Source: Elsinoe ampelina (taxonomy: Eukaryota). Taken from it: a stretch of 52,429 nt of DNA. A program made the position numbers and the translations under genes. Location: the NCBI GenBank assembly GCA_010093995.1, contig ML992501.1, positions 1,217,047 through 1,269,475 of the forward strand, read 5' to 3'. Under the pieces are notes generated by a model. That model saw only the letters and a program-made list of their open reading frames with translations, did no database searches and was not told the DNA's origin. This document shows positions 1 through 12,053 of this stretch, piece after piece; position 1 is the first letter of the stretch, and every line of letters starts with the position of its first letter.

Positions 1-259
1 AGGGGTGGTGGGGATGGCGTGGTGGATTGTCGCGGCGGTGAGCGCGTTGGGGTGTGGAGCGAGTTTTTATGTGAGGAATGGGAGTGGGCATGAGATATTT
101 TTGGAGGGCGAGGAGGAGGAGGTGCAGGGTGGGCAGGGGCAGGGTCAGGGTCAGGGACAGGGAGGGCAGGGCCAGGGTCAAGGGACTGGGGCGGGGATGA
201 GGCAGGTCAGTGGGATGAGTAGGAGGGATAGTGTGGCGGGGCAGCAGCAGCCGAGGTGA
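1..259 (+). CDS. 3' end of a membrane protein, probably an MFS transporter (last TM helix plus acidic/GQ-rich tail); 5' part lies outside the window
   Basis: Frame is open from the window edge: GVVGMAWWIVAAVSALGCGASFYVRNGSGHEIFLEG is a hydrophobic helix resembling C-termini of fungal MFS multidrug-type proteins; TGA at 257-259. Confidence 0.5.
   Translation, partial: GVVGMAWWIVAAVSALGCGASFYVRNGSGHEIFLEGEEEEVQGGQGQGQGQGQGGQGQGQGTGAGMRQVSGMSRRDSVAGQQQPR
131..184 (+). repeat. Imperfect (GGNCAG)n hexamer tandem repeat encoding a Gly-Gln tract
   Basis: gggcaggggcagggtcagggtcagggacagggagggcagggccagggtcaaggg, read directly. Confidence 0.8.
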
Positions 260-543
260 TGTGCTTGACAGAAGAGAAAGACTTGGAAGAAGGGAGGGGA
301 CTGGACATTGCATTGCGCGGGGTTTTGGAATATTGGGATTGGGCATGTAATCGTACAGAGGTAGAACAGAAAGAGAGTATGATGGGTCGTAGATTCGGTC
401 GTGATGAAAGGTGGAAATTGAGACCTCCAAGTTGTCTGTCGGGAAGGTGTCTACACTGGCTGAATCTTGGTCTCGGTGTGGTGCTTGCTCCGGCTCTTTC
501 TTGGGCGCAAGCGCAGTCGCAGGCGCAGACGTGTCAGCCAGGA

Positions 544-1088
544 TTAGCTACTCGTGACCATGGTCGTGGTCGGTGTCGTCGGCAATGCTTGAATCAAAGG
601 CCCTCCGAATCGAGATGTGCCGGGCGTCGTGGCCATCTGCGGCGGGGGTGCGCTCGCTGGGCGAGGCGGAACGATGGAGGCAATGTCGATTACGTGCTCG
701 CGAAGTGCAAGCGGAAGAGGAGTGGCGGCCTGCCAAGTTGAGGCTCCGCGCAGCGGGATGAAGTTGTGTCCCAAGGAAATCGTGGAGTGCGAGGAAGCTT
801 GCCCTGACGATGCCATGGTACTGGAGTGGGGCAGCCCCGGATAAGGTGCGGCTCTGGGGGAATTGGCATTGGGATTGGCATGGTTCGGCAAAATGGTCGT
901 CGTGTTGTTGGCGACTATGTTGTGTCAGATATAGCTCATGATAGGGATGTTGTGAGATATCTACATAGTGGCCAGATATAGTGCTTGAACAGATAGCCCA
1001 AGGGTAAAAGAACGATGGAGGTGACCAATGTTGCGAGAGCCAGGTAGGCCTCGGTGCTCCATGATTGGTTGGTGGGGATGGGCGACAT
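544..1088 (-). CDS. Hypothetical ~164-aa single-pass membrane protein (2 exons; intron 915-964)
   Basis: ATG at 1088 (MSPIPTNQSWSTEAYLALATLVTSIVLLPLGYLF). A 50-nt intron GTAGAT..CTGAC..TAG joins it in frame to the Pro/Ser/Thr-rich ORF ending at 544. Confidence 0.6.
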
Positions 1089-1659
1089 GGTCGGCTTGAT
1101 CTTTGTAAATGTATGATTGACTCTCAGGTATGTGTTCTGCGGCTGCGATACTGTACTATCTTGTTCAAAAATTGTTGGAGGACAGTTCACGTTTGTTGAT
1201 GGGGGCTTGATCTTATCATATATACTGCCTGCGTGGTGTGGCATTTTGTCGTGAAGGCCGGGCAAACGCCCTGACCTGCGAACAACTTGTGGCTTCACAA
1301 GACGAGACAACTTGACTTGGCGATTGAGGCAGTGCAACGAAAATCCGGGGCAAATGGGGTCAATCGGCGGGTGTTTTTTCTCTTGCCTACAACATACTGG
1401 GGACTGGAAGTCGCCAAGGCAGCAATACATCGAAATCGTCTTCGGCATTAGGGGCTTTGCCAGCAGTGTTGCGCAAGCTACGCTGACAGGCAGTGGAAAA
1501 TCACAATCAAGCATAGGCCGAGCATTTGACGTCCACGTTCACTGATGCTCCCAGCTTGACACGTCTGCAATGTCTGATGGGCGGGGAGAATAAAGACCAC
1601 TCACCGACCAACTTCATTTGGCCCCTGCCTCATTCGGATTCATCCTTCAAGAGTCATGC

Positions 1660-4177
1660 TCATATCTCCTTCAAGAACCCAACCTCAATCAGCCTGTCCG
1701 CTGGCACTTCTAGATCCGCCATTTTTCCCCTCGTGTTCTCCCTAATCCAGAGGAAAGCCCACAGCAAGCCTGCTCTGAACCATCCCGTACCCTCCTTCGT
1801 CTTCATCTGGCCCTTGCCTAGAACATACAATGCACCGCCCGCAAATGCCTTGTCCAGCCTCGTCACCTCCTCCGCCGCCGTCGTCGATGCAGCTCCATAC
1901 TCAGTCACCCCATCTTTGCCCTCCCTCGACTCCACAAAGCCCCTGACCTGCTGATACAACACCGCCGCCAGATCCCCACTCACCACCACATCATTATACC
2001 CATGCCTCACCACCACCCTATAACAACCCGGAATCGCCAGCCTCGAAACACTATACCTCTCCTCCACCTCCACCCTCGGCCTCTCCAACGGCCTCAAATG
2101 AAAGAAAACCATCACCTCGGGCAACGCCGCCAACTTGAGCGCAAACTGGCTAAACACCGTCGGCGTCGTCTCGCCCGCCTTGTCAAAGAAAACCCCCATG
2201 CCCTTGATCTTCGACAACCCCGTCCCCTCAAACCTCTCCGTCAACTGCAGTCCCCCCTCCCCATCCGGCCTGATAAAATGCGACGTGGGAAACCGATCCT
2301 CCGCCTCAGCCAACCACTGACTCTCCTTCCCAAACCGCCATATCAAAAACACAACCGCGATCAACGCCGCCATGGCCAGCGTGAACCACGCCCCACGCGG
2401 CACCTTCTCCAGCGCAGAAGAGAGGTACGCGCCATCGTGGCACGCGAAGACCAACCAGGGCAGGAAGACGAGGTGGGGCGACATTTGCCAGACGAAAACC
2501 GCGGCGAGGGCGACCATGCAGGTGTCGAAGAAGGTGACGAACATGACGCACACGCCGTAGGCGTTGCCCAGGCTGGTCGTGTTGTTGTAGATGGAGGCGA
2601 CGAGGATGCAGCCGAGCATGAGGAGCCAGTTGGCAAGCGGGATGAAGAGTTGGCCGTGGAAGGTCGGGGAGGTGTGGATGATTTTGAGCTGGGGGATGTA
2701 GGAGAGTTTCATGGCTTGGGCGAGGAGCTGGGAGGGGGGGGCAGGTTAGTGATGGGTGGTTGGGGGAAGGGGGGACAGGGGGAGGAGACGTACTTGGAAG
2801 GTGGCCGTGATGATGGCTTGGGAGGCGACGATTGCGGCGAGGATGGCCATTACGAGCGACGGATAGAGCATGCCTGGGGGTACGGCGTTGAAGAACGGGT
2901 TGGAGTAAGCGTCAGGGTGTACGCTGATGTAGGCTGCTTGGCCGATGTATGCGAATAGGAGGCACGGGTAGGCGTAGCAGAGCCAGGAGAGCTGGATCGC
3001 TCGCCTGCTGAATGCGCCGAGGTCGGCGAAGAGGGCTTCGACTCCGGTGAAGGATAAGAGGACGCCGCCAAGTTGGCGCCAGCCTTGGTGACCATTGCGG
3101 ATGAGGAAGTCGAAGGCGTAATATGGGTTGAAGGCCTTGAAAACGCCGGCGTCAAACATGGCAATGTTGTAGATGCCGAAGGCGAGGTTGAAGGCCAGCC
3201 AGATGATGACGATGGGCGAAAATGCGAATGTCATCTTGGAAATGCCGAGTGGTTGAATCGCGAACAGGAGGACTAGGATAGCGTTGGTAACTCCGAGAAT
3301 CACTGGCTTGGTGATGGTGGGTTGGACGACCTGAATGCCTTGCACAGCACCTAGTACGGATTGAGCTGGTGTCAGGACGCCGTCTGCAATGACCATTGTG
3401 ACAGCCAAGATGCCCACCACTTGAAGTAGCTTCTTCACAAACTTGCTGTGCTCGATGCCTGAGCGGAGATGCTTCCCGCCGCTCTTTAGATCTCCAGTGT
3501 TCACACGCTTCATTTCGACCATGGTCGCTTCTCGTGGGTCTCGACGGGTGATGTTCAACTACCACGGTCAGCCCTGCCTACAAGTGGCCAGCTGAAACTT
3601 ACGTATCGACAGAGCAATGAGTATGTGCTGAAGCTGCCACCTTCTCCATCGTTGTCTGCGTGAAGGATGATGAGTACGTATTTGATCGTGACCATAATCG
3701 ACATGGACCAAATGATGAGCGACAGAACACCGAGCAGATTCTGCTTCGTCGGCGCTTCGCTGAAGGTGGAAGAGTAGACGTAGAGCGGAGAAGTTCCAAT
3801 ATCACCGTAGATGACACCGATCGACTGGTATGCCAGCCACACGAGATAGCGACCCTTGAATTCCTGGTTCATCTGTCAGGTATCCCCCTAACATGTGGAC
3901 TCTGACGTACTTGCTTGTGCCCAAAATCTCCTGGTGTCCTCAATCCTGGGTCCTCGTCTGCTAGATCACGGTCTCCATTCTGCTGACGGAGCACGAATGA
4001 AGGTCGGCTTGTGCGGCGCATATTGACCACGCCATCGTCTGTCAAAGTGGTGGCTGATCTGGCGAGAGGATGGTTCTCATAGATACTGCGCTCTTTGGGA
4101 TGATCTGCAACATCATCGTCCTGTCTTGAGGTCTTTGGTTGTTTCGAGTCGTCCGCGATGCGAATTGTCGTCATCAT
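1660..4177 (-). CDS. HAK1: HAK/KUP/KT family K+ transporter, ~786 aa (introns 2728-2793, 3559-3602, 3864-3910)
   Basis: Family motifs GVIYGDIGTSPLYV, DNDGEGG, DGVLTPAQSVL, FTGVEALFADLGAF, ASQAIITATFQ and LGNAYG. Three canonical introns restore a single frame. Confidence 0.93.
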
Positions 4178-4977
4178 TGAACGGGAAGGATGATCGAAAG
4201 TGTTCTCTATGTCGGGCGCACAGAAAGGAGAGGAGGGGTATTAAACAACAGTATGACAACAATGAGCACAGGGCTCGGCACTTTATAATGCAGAAATCAA
4301 AATTGACACGCACACAGCCACGTGCATACGTCGAAAGGGACAAACTTACTCAAGAGACGAGGAGTCCCGACCATTGGTGCGCAATAGGCGAGCAGATAAC
4401 GAGGAAGTAGAAGCGTGTTCTTGATAGGCCAGTATTTGCCCGAAGATCCAGTCCTGGTCTGGCGTGCAGCTCACAAGGTAAGCGGTGTTGGCTTACCATG
4501 GTCTATTACAAGACAAGATCCGCCCAAATGGACGACCGCAATGGTAATTGGACACACTGTCATGAAAATTGTGAGACGATATGCAGTCGAGTGTGGGATG
4601 CGCTATTTTCCAAAATGCCTCAGACGCTGTAACGTTGGTCCGGCAAGGCGGAGATGGTGTAGAAAGGTTCGAGGAATGTCTAGCGCATTGGTCAAAGTCA
4701 GTCGGTGGGGTAAAGATCAATCTCCGTCTTGCCGGGAGAGAGCCGCACCATCATCTCTTCCTCCACTTGTGAATGCATCGAATTGATACAAAGGTGACGT
4801 GGTTGCCATACTCTCAGACGAATTGCCGACATGCAAGAATCTGAAGAATAATACCAAAGTGAGTGTAAGTGGGCTGAGGAGGCCAGACAAATGGCCGTGA
4901 TCGATACCAAGCCCCCAAAGGCTTCGAAATTATGCTTGTTGAAAGCTTCTCGCCGCTGCTTGTTAACTGCACTTCTT

Positions 4978-6768
4978 TCATACTCGAATCAAACCCCAGA
5001 CCCCCAATGGATCCTCTCTGCCTGAACCGCGGCTTCGCTCCCTCTCCCTCTCTTCGCTCTGCAATTTCTTGACTCTCCGGACCAATAGTCCTACCACGAG
5101 CGGACCAAGGATGGTGCAGAGCAGGATAGCCCAAGTAACCACCAGAAAGAGATCGGAACTTCCACTGGCTGGCTGCTCGCCTCCAGCAAACACTCCTTGA
5201 CTTTCTGCCAACGAAGAGATGAGGAAGCCAATCTCGCCACGTGCGACCATAGCGCAGCCCAGGATGTACGACGGGTACAGGCTCAATGGTTTGGGGATAG
5301 CGGGTTGACGCTTGCGCGAGATATTCGGGGGTACTATCTCGGACGTCTGTTCTGGCGGGGCCGTGGCGGCTGTAGCAGATTGAGCGGTCCCTTCCGTGGA
5401 TCCTCCCTCCGCAAGAGCAGCCGGCACAGTGGTAGCTTTGCCTTCGCGCTTGGAACCCCCTGAGCTCTTCGCGTCTTTCGCTTTTTTGGAGGGATTAGGA
5501 ACAAGTCTCTGCACCACGGCGGTAACGCCTAGGGACGAGTTGAAGCGGACAAGCCAGAGGCCGCATACCAGTTTGCCGATTGTCATGAGAACACTGTAGA
5601 CAAGGCCACGCCAGACGATCGAGCCGGTGAAAAGCTGAGTGATAGGGATGCTGAAACCGATTGAAGCAAAGAAGAATGGGCGCAAAATCCGTTGGATGGC
5701 GGGGTGATGGTAGTGATGGTAAACGGCCATCCCAGTATTCTGCAGAGCCTCCTCGTGGCCATATTCCGTGCTAGGCTGTGGCAAGGACGACGCATCTTGT
5801 GATTGCAAACCTGAGTCAGAGGGTGAAGCGCGCACAGCGTTCATTTCCGTAGTCGCAACCACGGGTAAGGAGTCCCACCAGCTAACGACAGCTCCCGCGA
5901 GGTAAGCTGCGAACAGGATACTGGTCCCAGCGTAGTATGCACCGACGCTCAGACCAATCAGAAGCAGTGTGTGCATGGCGAAAGCGGTCTCTCTCAGCTT
6001 CAGTATGCTTTCCATCCCGGTCCCTGCAGACCATAAATTCAATAAGCGCCTTCCCGGCACGATGACCCATCTACAGATTGCAGGTACCACAACGGCCACT
6101 GCCAAGCTGACAAAGACGGGTCGAATGATGGTGCTTGCGGAGAAACCACCGTCACTAGAAGAGCTGAGGTTCTCAATCACTTGAATCATGACGAGACCAA
6201 CGACGTCATCGATTATGGCCGCACTGCTGAGGATAACGCCCAGCTTGGTCTCGGACAGACCACTGGTACTGAGCACCGTAAATGTGGTACCAAGACTGGT
6301 CGCACATAGAGCTGCGCCGGCAGCGAATGCCTGCAGAGGACCAATGGGTAGCATTGCCATAAGACTGAAGGAGAGCCCCATCGGTGCTGCAATACCAGTA
6401 ACTGCCACCAAGACTGACAAATACAGGTTCGATTTGAGAGTGGCAATACTGGTGCTGAGACCGCCCTCGTAGACGATAAGTACCAGTCCTAGATATCCCA
6501 ATGTCTGGATGGAGACTTGCAGATCGAGGTCCAGCCATTTTGCTCCAGGTTGACCGTAGAGAATCCCAAGAAAGATCTGTCCGATCAGGCCGCAGTAGAT
6601 GAAGCGATCGAGAATGGAGTTGAGCACGTTGAGAAACAAGATCAGAGACGTGACGATCAAAAGGAGCACTGTAGCTGGCTCGATGTAGGTGAGGGAGGTT
6701 GCGTCCGGTGAGGTTGCAGTGGCTTCCATGCTGGCGGGACGTATATATTGTATCGGACACGTTGCCAT
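4978..6768 (-). CDS. CPA2-type cation/H+ antiporter (Na_H_exchanger family, NapA/KefB/KHA-like), 596 aa, intronless
   Basis: Many TM segments, with motifs ATSLGTT, AAIIDDVVGL, FFFASIGF and MVARGEIG. Confidence 0.88.
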   Translation of the reverse strand: MATCPIQYIRPASMEATATSPDATSLTYIEPATVLLLIVTSLILFLNVLNSILDRFIYCGLIGQIFLGILYGQPGAKWLDLDLQVSIQTLGYLGLVLIVYEGGLSTSIATLKSNLYLSVLVAVTGIAAPMGLSFSLMAMLPIGPLQAFAAGAALCATSLGTTFTVLSTSGLSETKLGVILSSAAIIDDVVGLVMIQVIENLSSSSDGGFSASTIIRPVFVSLAVAVVVPAICRWVIVPGRRLLNLWSAGTGMESILKLRETAFAMHTLLLIGLSVGAYYAGTSILFAAYLAGAVVSWWDSLPVVATTEMNAVRASPSDSGLQSQDASSLPQPSTEYGHEEALQNTGMAVYHHYHHPAIQRILRPFFFASIGFSIPITQLFTGSIVWRGLVYSVLMTIGKLVCGLWLVRFNSSLGVTAVVQRLVPNPSKKAKDAKSSGGSKREGKATTVPAALAEGGSTEGTAQSATAATAPPEQTSEIVPPNISRKRQPAIPKPLSLYPSYILGCAMVARGEIGFLISSLAESQGVFAGGEQPASGSSDLFLVVTWAILLCTILGPLVVGLLVRRVKKLQSEERERERSRGSGREDPLGVWGLIRV

Positions 6769-7227
6769 GAATCGCTAGAGATGCCTTGACTCGTTCAGAT
6801 CGGGAAACGAAGCAAATTGGACGCTGATGTCCGTGGCATTCGTAGCACAAGGTGGACTGCAGAATCCATCAAGCGGACTTCAGCACGGCAGAAATCCTGT
6901 GATGAATTGAGATGTCGAGTTGGACGAAAATGATGCCATAGGTTGCGAAGAACACGCCCAAGATCGTTGCTATTGTGAGATCAAGTGTATGTTCGATGTT
7001 GTAGACAGAACAAAGCGTGAAGAGGCCTCGTCTACTGTCATCTTCACTTGAGGCAACGAACAAATCTATCCGCGCCAGCTGAGTCAGCATCAAGTGGCCA
7101 GCAGCAAAGCCGCAAAAAATGGTATACGGCTAAACCCCGGACAAAATTGCTCCTTCGACCTCAAGACTTGGCCGCAACTCGACCTCTCCACCAAACCCAC
7201 TGCCAGCCACCATCTCTCCCCGTTAGC

Positions 7228-7714
7228 ATGGCGAAGAAAAGTCAGTATCTCCCCAATCCCCAGTCTCCTCTCAGCATTCCACCATCTCAGCCCTCCTCGC
7301 TCTCCCCATCTCCACCCCTCGTACTCTTTCCCTCTCAGCATCCTTCCCCCAATGCCACTGCGCGACAAACCCACAACATCCCCTTTCCGCCACCAACCCC
7401 TCCTGCGACCACAATCCCCCCTTTAGCACAACCCACTGACAACCCCAAGACAAATCCCGCACCATCCCCGTGCGCCTCCTCAGCATGGCCGCGACAGGCT
7501 TCTACTACACCTTCGTGCGACCCCGTGTCCATCGCCCGCTGAGCATGCTCAAGTACGACCCTGTCGGTACGTGACCCGAACACCTAGGCATCCGAGATGG
7601 GGGAGAAGAAAGCTTGGGACGGGGAAATCAGGGCGGGAAGACTGGGAGCGCAAGAGCTGACACGGTGCAGTCAAGAAGAAGGTCTTGTTTTTGGAGCAGA
7701 AGAGGGGGAAATGA
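7228..7714 (+). CDS. MRPL39: Mitochondrial ribosomal protein bL33m (YmL39), 57 aa (exons 7228-7240, 7450-7566, 7671-7714)
   Basis: Spliced product [57 protein letters not shown] has the L33 signatures (LxSxAxTGF, KYDP, VLF). Introns are GTCAGT..CTGAC..AAG and GTACGT..CTGAC..CAG. Confidence 0.93.
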
Positions 7715-8132
7715 GGTACGATACGAGCAGGAGGCTAAGGCAGCGAGTGCGCTGTAGGCATGGAGGAGGTTGGAACATGGCTATCGAGGGCTGAGGTGCT
7801 GCGACCAAGGACGGATGGAGCTGGAGAACGAGAACGGCGCGTACGACGGCTTCAGGCTGGCGACCTTCGAGGGCTGAGCTGGGGAAGCGCTGTACAGAGG
7901 TCACGAAGTTTTGTTTCGACGGGATGATGTTCGTTCAAAGTCATCTGAATGCATAGCGAAGGCGTATTTGGGCTACTGAAATGCAAATCTACACAGATGC
8001 CGCGGTAAAGATGCATCATTCATGTCCGTCCATGTTCCAGCATTGGTCCTTTCTCTGTCGTCTCTGGCCCGCTTGCCAGGGCCGCACACAGCAACCTTCC
8101 TCTCGCTCCTCGAAGCTGTACGATAACTACCT

Positions 8133-11100
8133 TCACTTGTTCAAGGCCTTGTCGAATGTCTGCGCATACTTTGGGTCTGCGGATATTAGTACGCCATTCA
8201 TCCTACCATGGTGGAACATACCATCGTTGTGGCGTCTTCTGGGCTGACGCGATGCGCTGGCAAAACCAAGCTCAAAGTTGGGCCTCGAGAGCGAGGTGCC
8301 GCTTAATGGTGTGCCAGTCTTGATCGGTACTGCTGACTTCCTGCGTGTGTTCTTTGACGGCTTGTCCGGGCTGTTGGGCTTGGAGCTTCCTCCATTTCTG
8401 ACCGGCAAAGCTGGTCGCTTATTGATCTTTGGTAGTTGGCCTGGCTTGTCACCGCTCTCCGTTGGACGAATCTGGGACGGCTGAAAGGCGCTCGATGGTT
8501 CAAAGCTTGATGTCGCGGGGTTGTGCTGGCTGTAGCTTCCGATGTTAAACGTGAGATCTTGTGAAAGCTCGGTCTCCCCCAGATCCTTGGGGCAACTATG
8601 TGCCTCCCCAGTGACCTTGCGTGATGCTTCATTGCCAGCAGAGGCGTCTACAGGTGATCCTTGTGATAAAGAGAAGTCGCCGTCGAAGAGAGAGTGCTGA
8701 GAGCTGATTTGTCTCTTGATACCGCTGTTGGCAACAGCCGAGGAAGGGCGATGATCCTTTTGGGGAGTCATCGGCCTATTCGGCCCAACAGTGCCGCTTC
8801 GTTGAACCTCAATATCTCCCTCCTCTTCAAAATCATCGCCATCAACGTCGTCGTCATGCTCATCTTGATCACCAGTGTCGTCGATGACCAATGCCTGATC
8901 TTTGGACATCCCATGCTTCATCTTCTCTAGGTAGGACTCCAGCTCGATGCACTTCTGGACCAGTCTCTCGATCTCCTTAGAAGAGGCCTCCTTGCCTGCG
9001 GCTGCTTCAGATTCAAGTTCTGTGATGCGTTGTTGGAGAGTACTAGATTCACAAGCAGAGCCGTTGGTCGTGAGCTGCTTTCGAACACAGACGATCTCAT
9101 TGAGTACGCTCTGGTGATCGCTTTGGAGCTTTCTATGCTCATCACGAAGTAGAGCCAGATCTTGAGCAGCTTTGGTTGCCAGCTTGTTGGCCGACGCTTT
9201 TGCAGCCTCGGCCTTACCGATTGCCTGCTGAAGTCGATCTCTCTCGTTGGTCAAGATCTTGTAGTCAATTGCGAGGGTGTCGTACAAGTTCTGTGTGTGT
9301 GATTGCTTGCTTTGTATCCCCTCATGGCTCTCTTTCAAAACAGTCACTTGGGATTTGAGAGAATGGACCTCGGTCGTGTGTGAACGATGCTGGTCGTCTT
9401 GTAATCTCTGCACGTCACGGTCTTTCTGAATGATGAGACGGCAGAATTCGTCTTGTATCTATCACAAGTTAGACACCACATTGCCAGCCCAATGATCAAC
9501 ATACCTCTCGACGTATTGCACTGACGTTGACTGCTGGCTCATGTGCAGGATTACGATCAACAGCCTGCTGCAAAGCTTCAACTTTGTTCTGGAGGGCCTC
9601 GGTTTCTTTCCTTGCTTCGGACAAGAGGGATTCTGCTGATTCGACTAGCCGCTGTTTCAACGCAGCTTCAGCCTTCCAATCCGCTAGCCCAGCGCGATGG
9701 GTGGCTGCTTCCGTCTTGACGGACACGTTTTCGTTTGTAAGCCTCAGGTTTTCTTTCTGGAGGAACTGCTTCTCTTGGATAGTGACCTGAAGGTCTCCAG
9801 AAGCTATCGTGAGATGACTTTGTAGATCCTGAATCTGACCCAGATGACTCTTGAGCTCGGTGTCTTTCAGCCTTAAAGCCTCCGTCATAGTCGACAACGC
9901 CGCGGTGTTCTCAGTAAGCTTCTTGACATGCTCGGCAACGGGTGAGAAGCTTTGAGCCATAGTGCTGTCCACGCTGTTCAAGAGGGTCTTGATCTTATCG
10001 ACAAGGTCATCGACAGCCAGTGGAGCCGGCGGGTCCTGTGGGACGGGCCTAGTGAAGTCAGTGGAGTACGGAAAACAAAGGGAAGGCTCGCACCTAGCTA
10101 GGAGCTCCGTGACATCTTTCTGTATCGAGCGAAGCTGCGGCAACTGTCTTGTGAGATCCTCTCTGAAGGCCCCTCCGAGCCTTTCGATCGTGTTGAACTT
10201 ATTGGACATTTGAGCCAGCTCTTCAAGGGTGGCCTGTCTTTCGGTAGAAGTGGCTTTTGCAAACGCATCATCTAGTTTCGAGGTGAAGGACTTGCGTAGT
10301 TCTTCCAGCACGCCGTTAAGCTGCACCCAGTCTGGCTTCAGCTGCTCGATCATCTCTCTAGCCTGGGTCGCTTCGGTAGTTCTGTTTTGCAGTTCTGACT
10401 CGACCATCCCTTTGTCGCGGGTCACATCTTGTAGTTGTTTGGTGAGGGCGAACAATGCTTTCGCATGTTGGCCTTGGACATGCTCGAGATGAGCCGGAAA
10501 CTTGATCAGCTCTGCGTCCAGACCATCAATGTACTGAGCAAGGTCAATACTAGCAGCTTGGGCTTCCATCAATCTCTTTTGGCACTCTGACAGGATGGAA
10601 TGAGCATCGGCTAAGGCCGTCTTCTGATCGAGAAGATCTTCCGATAGTGATACATTCTCCTGACCAAGACCTGACAATGTCGCCTCGGCGGTAGCGAGCT
10701 GGGCTCGTAGCTCATTCTCTTGCTTGACGATCTCTTGAAATTGCTTCTGCATTCGTAGGTTTTGCTTTGACAACTTCTGGCTGTGAGTGGCGTAATGTGC
10801 GAGTTTCTCCTTTGCCCAGGCCATGATCTGGCCCTTCCATAAGTCCATGTTGGCAAGGAAATCTCGTTCGAATGCTGGAAAGTTCATTTGAGCTATGGAT
10901 TGTTCCAAGTCATCAATGTCAAGAGAAGCCAGCTTGACGATGTCTTCATCAATCCCACTGAAGGATGTTGCGCCTCGATTGGCGTCATGCACAGTAGAGT
11001 CAATTTCAGACGAATCATCGACCGCGGTGTCGTCGTACTCGCTGCGAGTATCACGCTGGATTTGCTGCGGGATTGGTCTACCCAGAGCGGCTGGTTGGTC

Positions 11101-12053
11101 TTTAGGCATAGAGCAACGTTCATGCGACTTCTCACTAGACGTGACGTTGGAAACAGTCATGTCATGTTGCGGGTCATTCTCGATGGAAGGAGCGATGACA
11201 TTCATTGATGGAGACGCTTGGTCGGTGTCCTCACAGCTTGGCAATGAGGAGCCTCTTGAACTTGAAACGGCCGCAGATTGGTTTACGGCGGCGATGGCAT
11301 CTTGGCCTGCCCCCGGCCAGGTGGTCTCGCCGTCGACGGACATGGAGGTTAGCGGCTCGTTCGTTCGTTGTTGATTAGAATTCGGGCAGTCCTTTACGTG
11401 GTCCAGCACGACAGATCCATCGGCCCTGAGTGCTCCGACAGTCGGGACCTCGTTCAGAGCTTGAGAATCATTTGTGGAATCAGAATCTTCAGCCGCCTTT
11501 GTCAGCCCGTTGGCGAAGTCGAACATAAAGGTGCTGAAATGATCATTGTCGGTATCGGTTTTTCTTTTCTTTCCGGGACGTGGATGAGCATTGTTCGTTG
11601 GCGGTGGTGAAAAGTGGACTTGATCGTAGCCATGACTTTCGGGCCGGAAATCCTTGCGTTTCGCTGGCACACAAGCAATTCTCGTCTCGGTAGCTGGGGA
11701 TCGGGAACGAGCTTTGTCTTTCTGCTTCAGGTCCTTCATCGTCTTCTTTACGATAGCAGCTTTGCCCGGGTCGGACTGCTTGGCTTGAATAGATGGGTGT
11801 GGTAGAAAAGCGAACCCTGGTGTATCCAAAGCATCGCTGTCGAAGTTCAGTTTGAAGAGCTTGGTTGGCAACAATCCTGCATTGGTTCCAGTAGATACAT
11901 GGACTGTGGTGGCAGTCTCAAAGTGGCCAGCTGTACCAGTAGACTCCAGTGACATCGTGGGCTCATCAGCCAGTGAATGATCATCGTCTATATTCTGATT
12001 GGAATGTCAGAGGATGTATGTGAAGTCATTGAACAAACACTCACTTCATCCAT
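8133..12053 (-). CDS. Uncharacterised ~1274-aa coiled-coil protein (introns 9459-9504, 11995-12044)
   Basis: Microexon ATG GAT GAA, then GTGAGT..CTGAC..CAG and GTATGT..CTAAC..TAG introns, join the 819-aa and 426-aa ORFs in frame. The centre is L/E/Q/K-rich with heptad character; both ends are low-complexity. Confidence 0.78.

Noticed and set aside
2002..2958. Long shadow ORFs (also 19825-20502, 22880-23728, 37827-38585, 38068-38664)
   Set aside because: Antisense or off-frame by-products of biased codon usage in real genes.
6869..7374. Minus-strand ORFs that could be joined by a GTATAC..CTGAC..TAG intron
   Set aside because: They overlap MRPL39 exon 1 and intron 1 in antisense, lack a convincing start and resemble no family; more likely the antiporter's 5' region.
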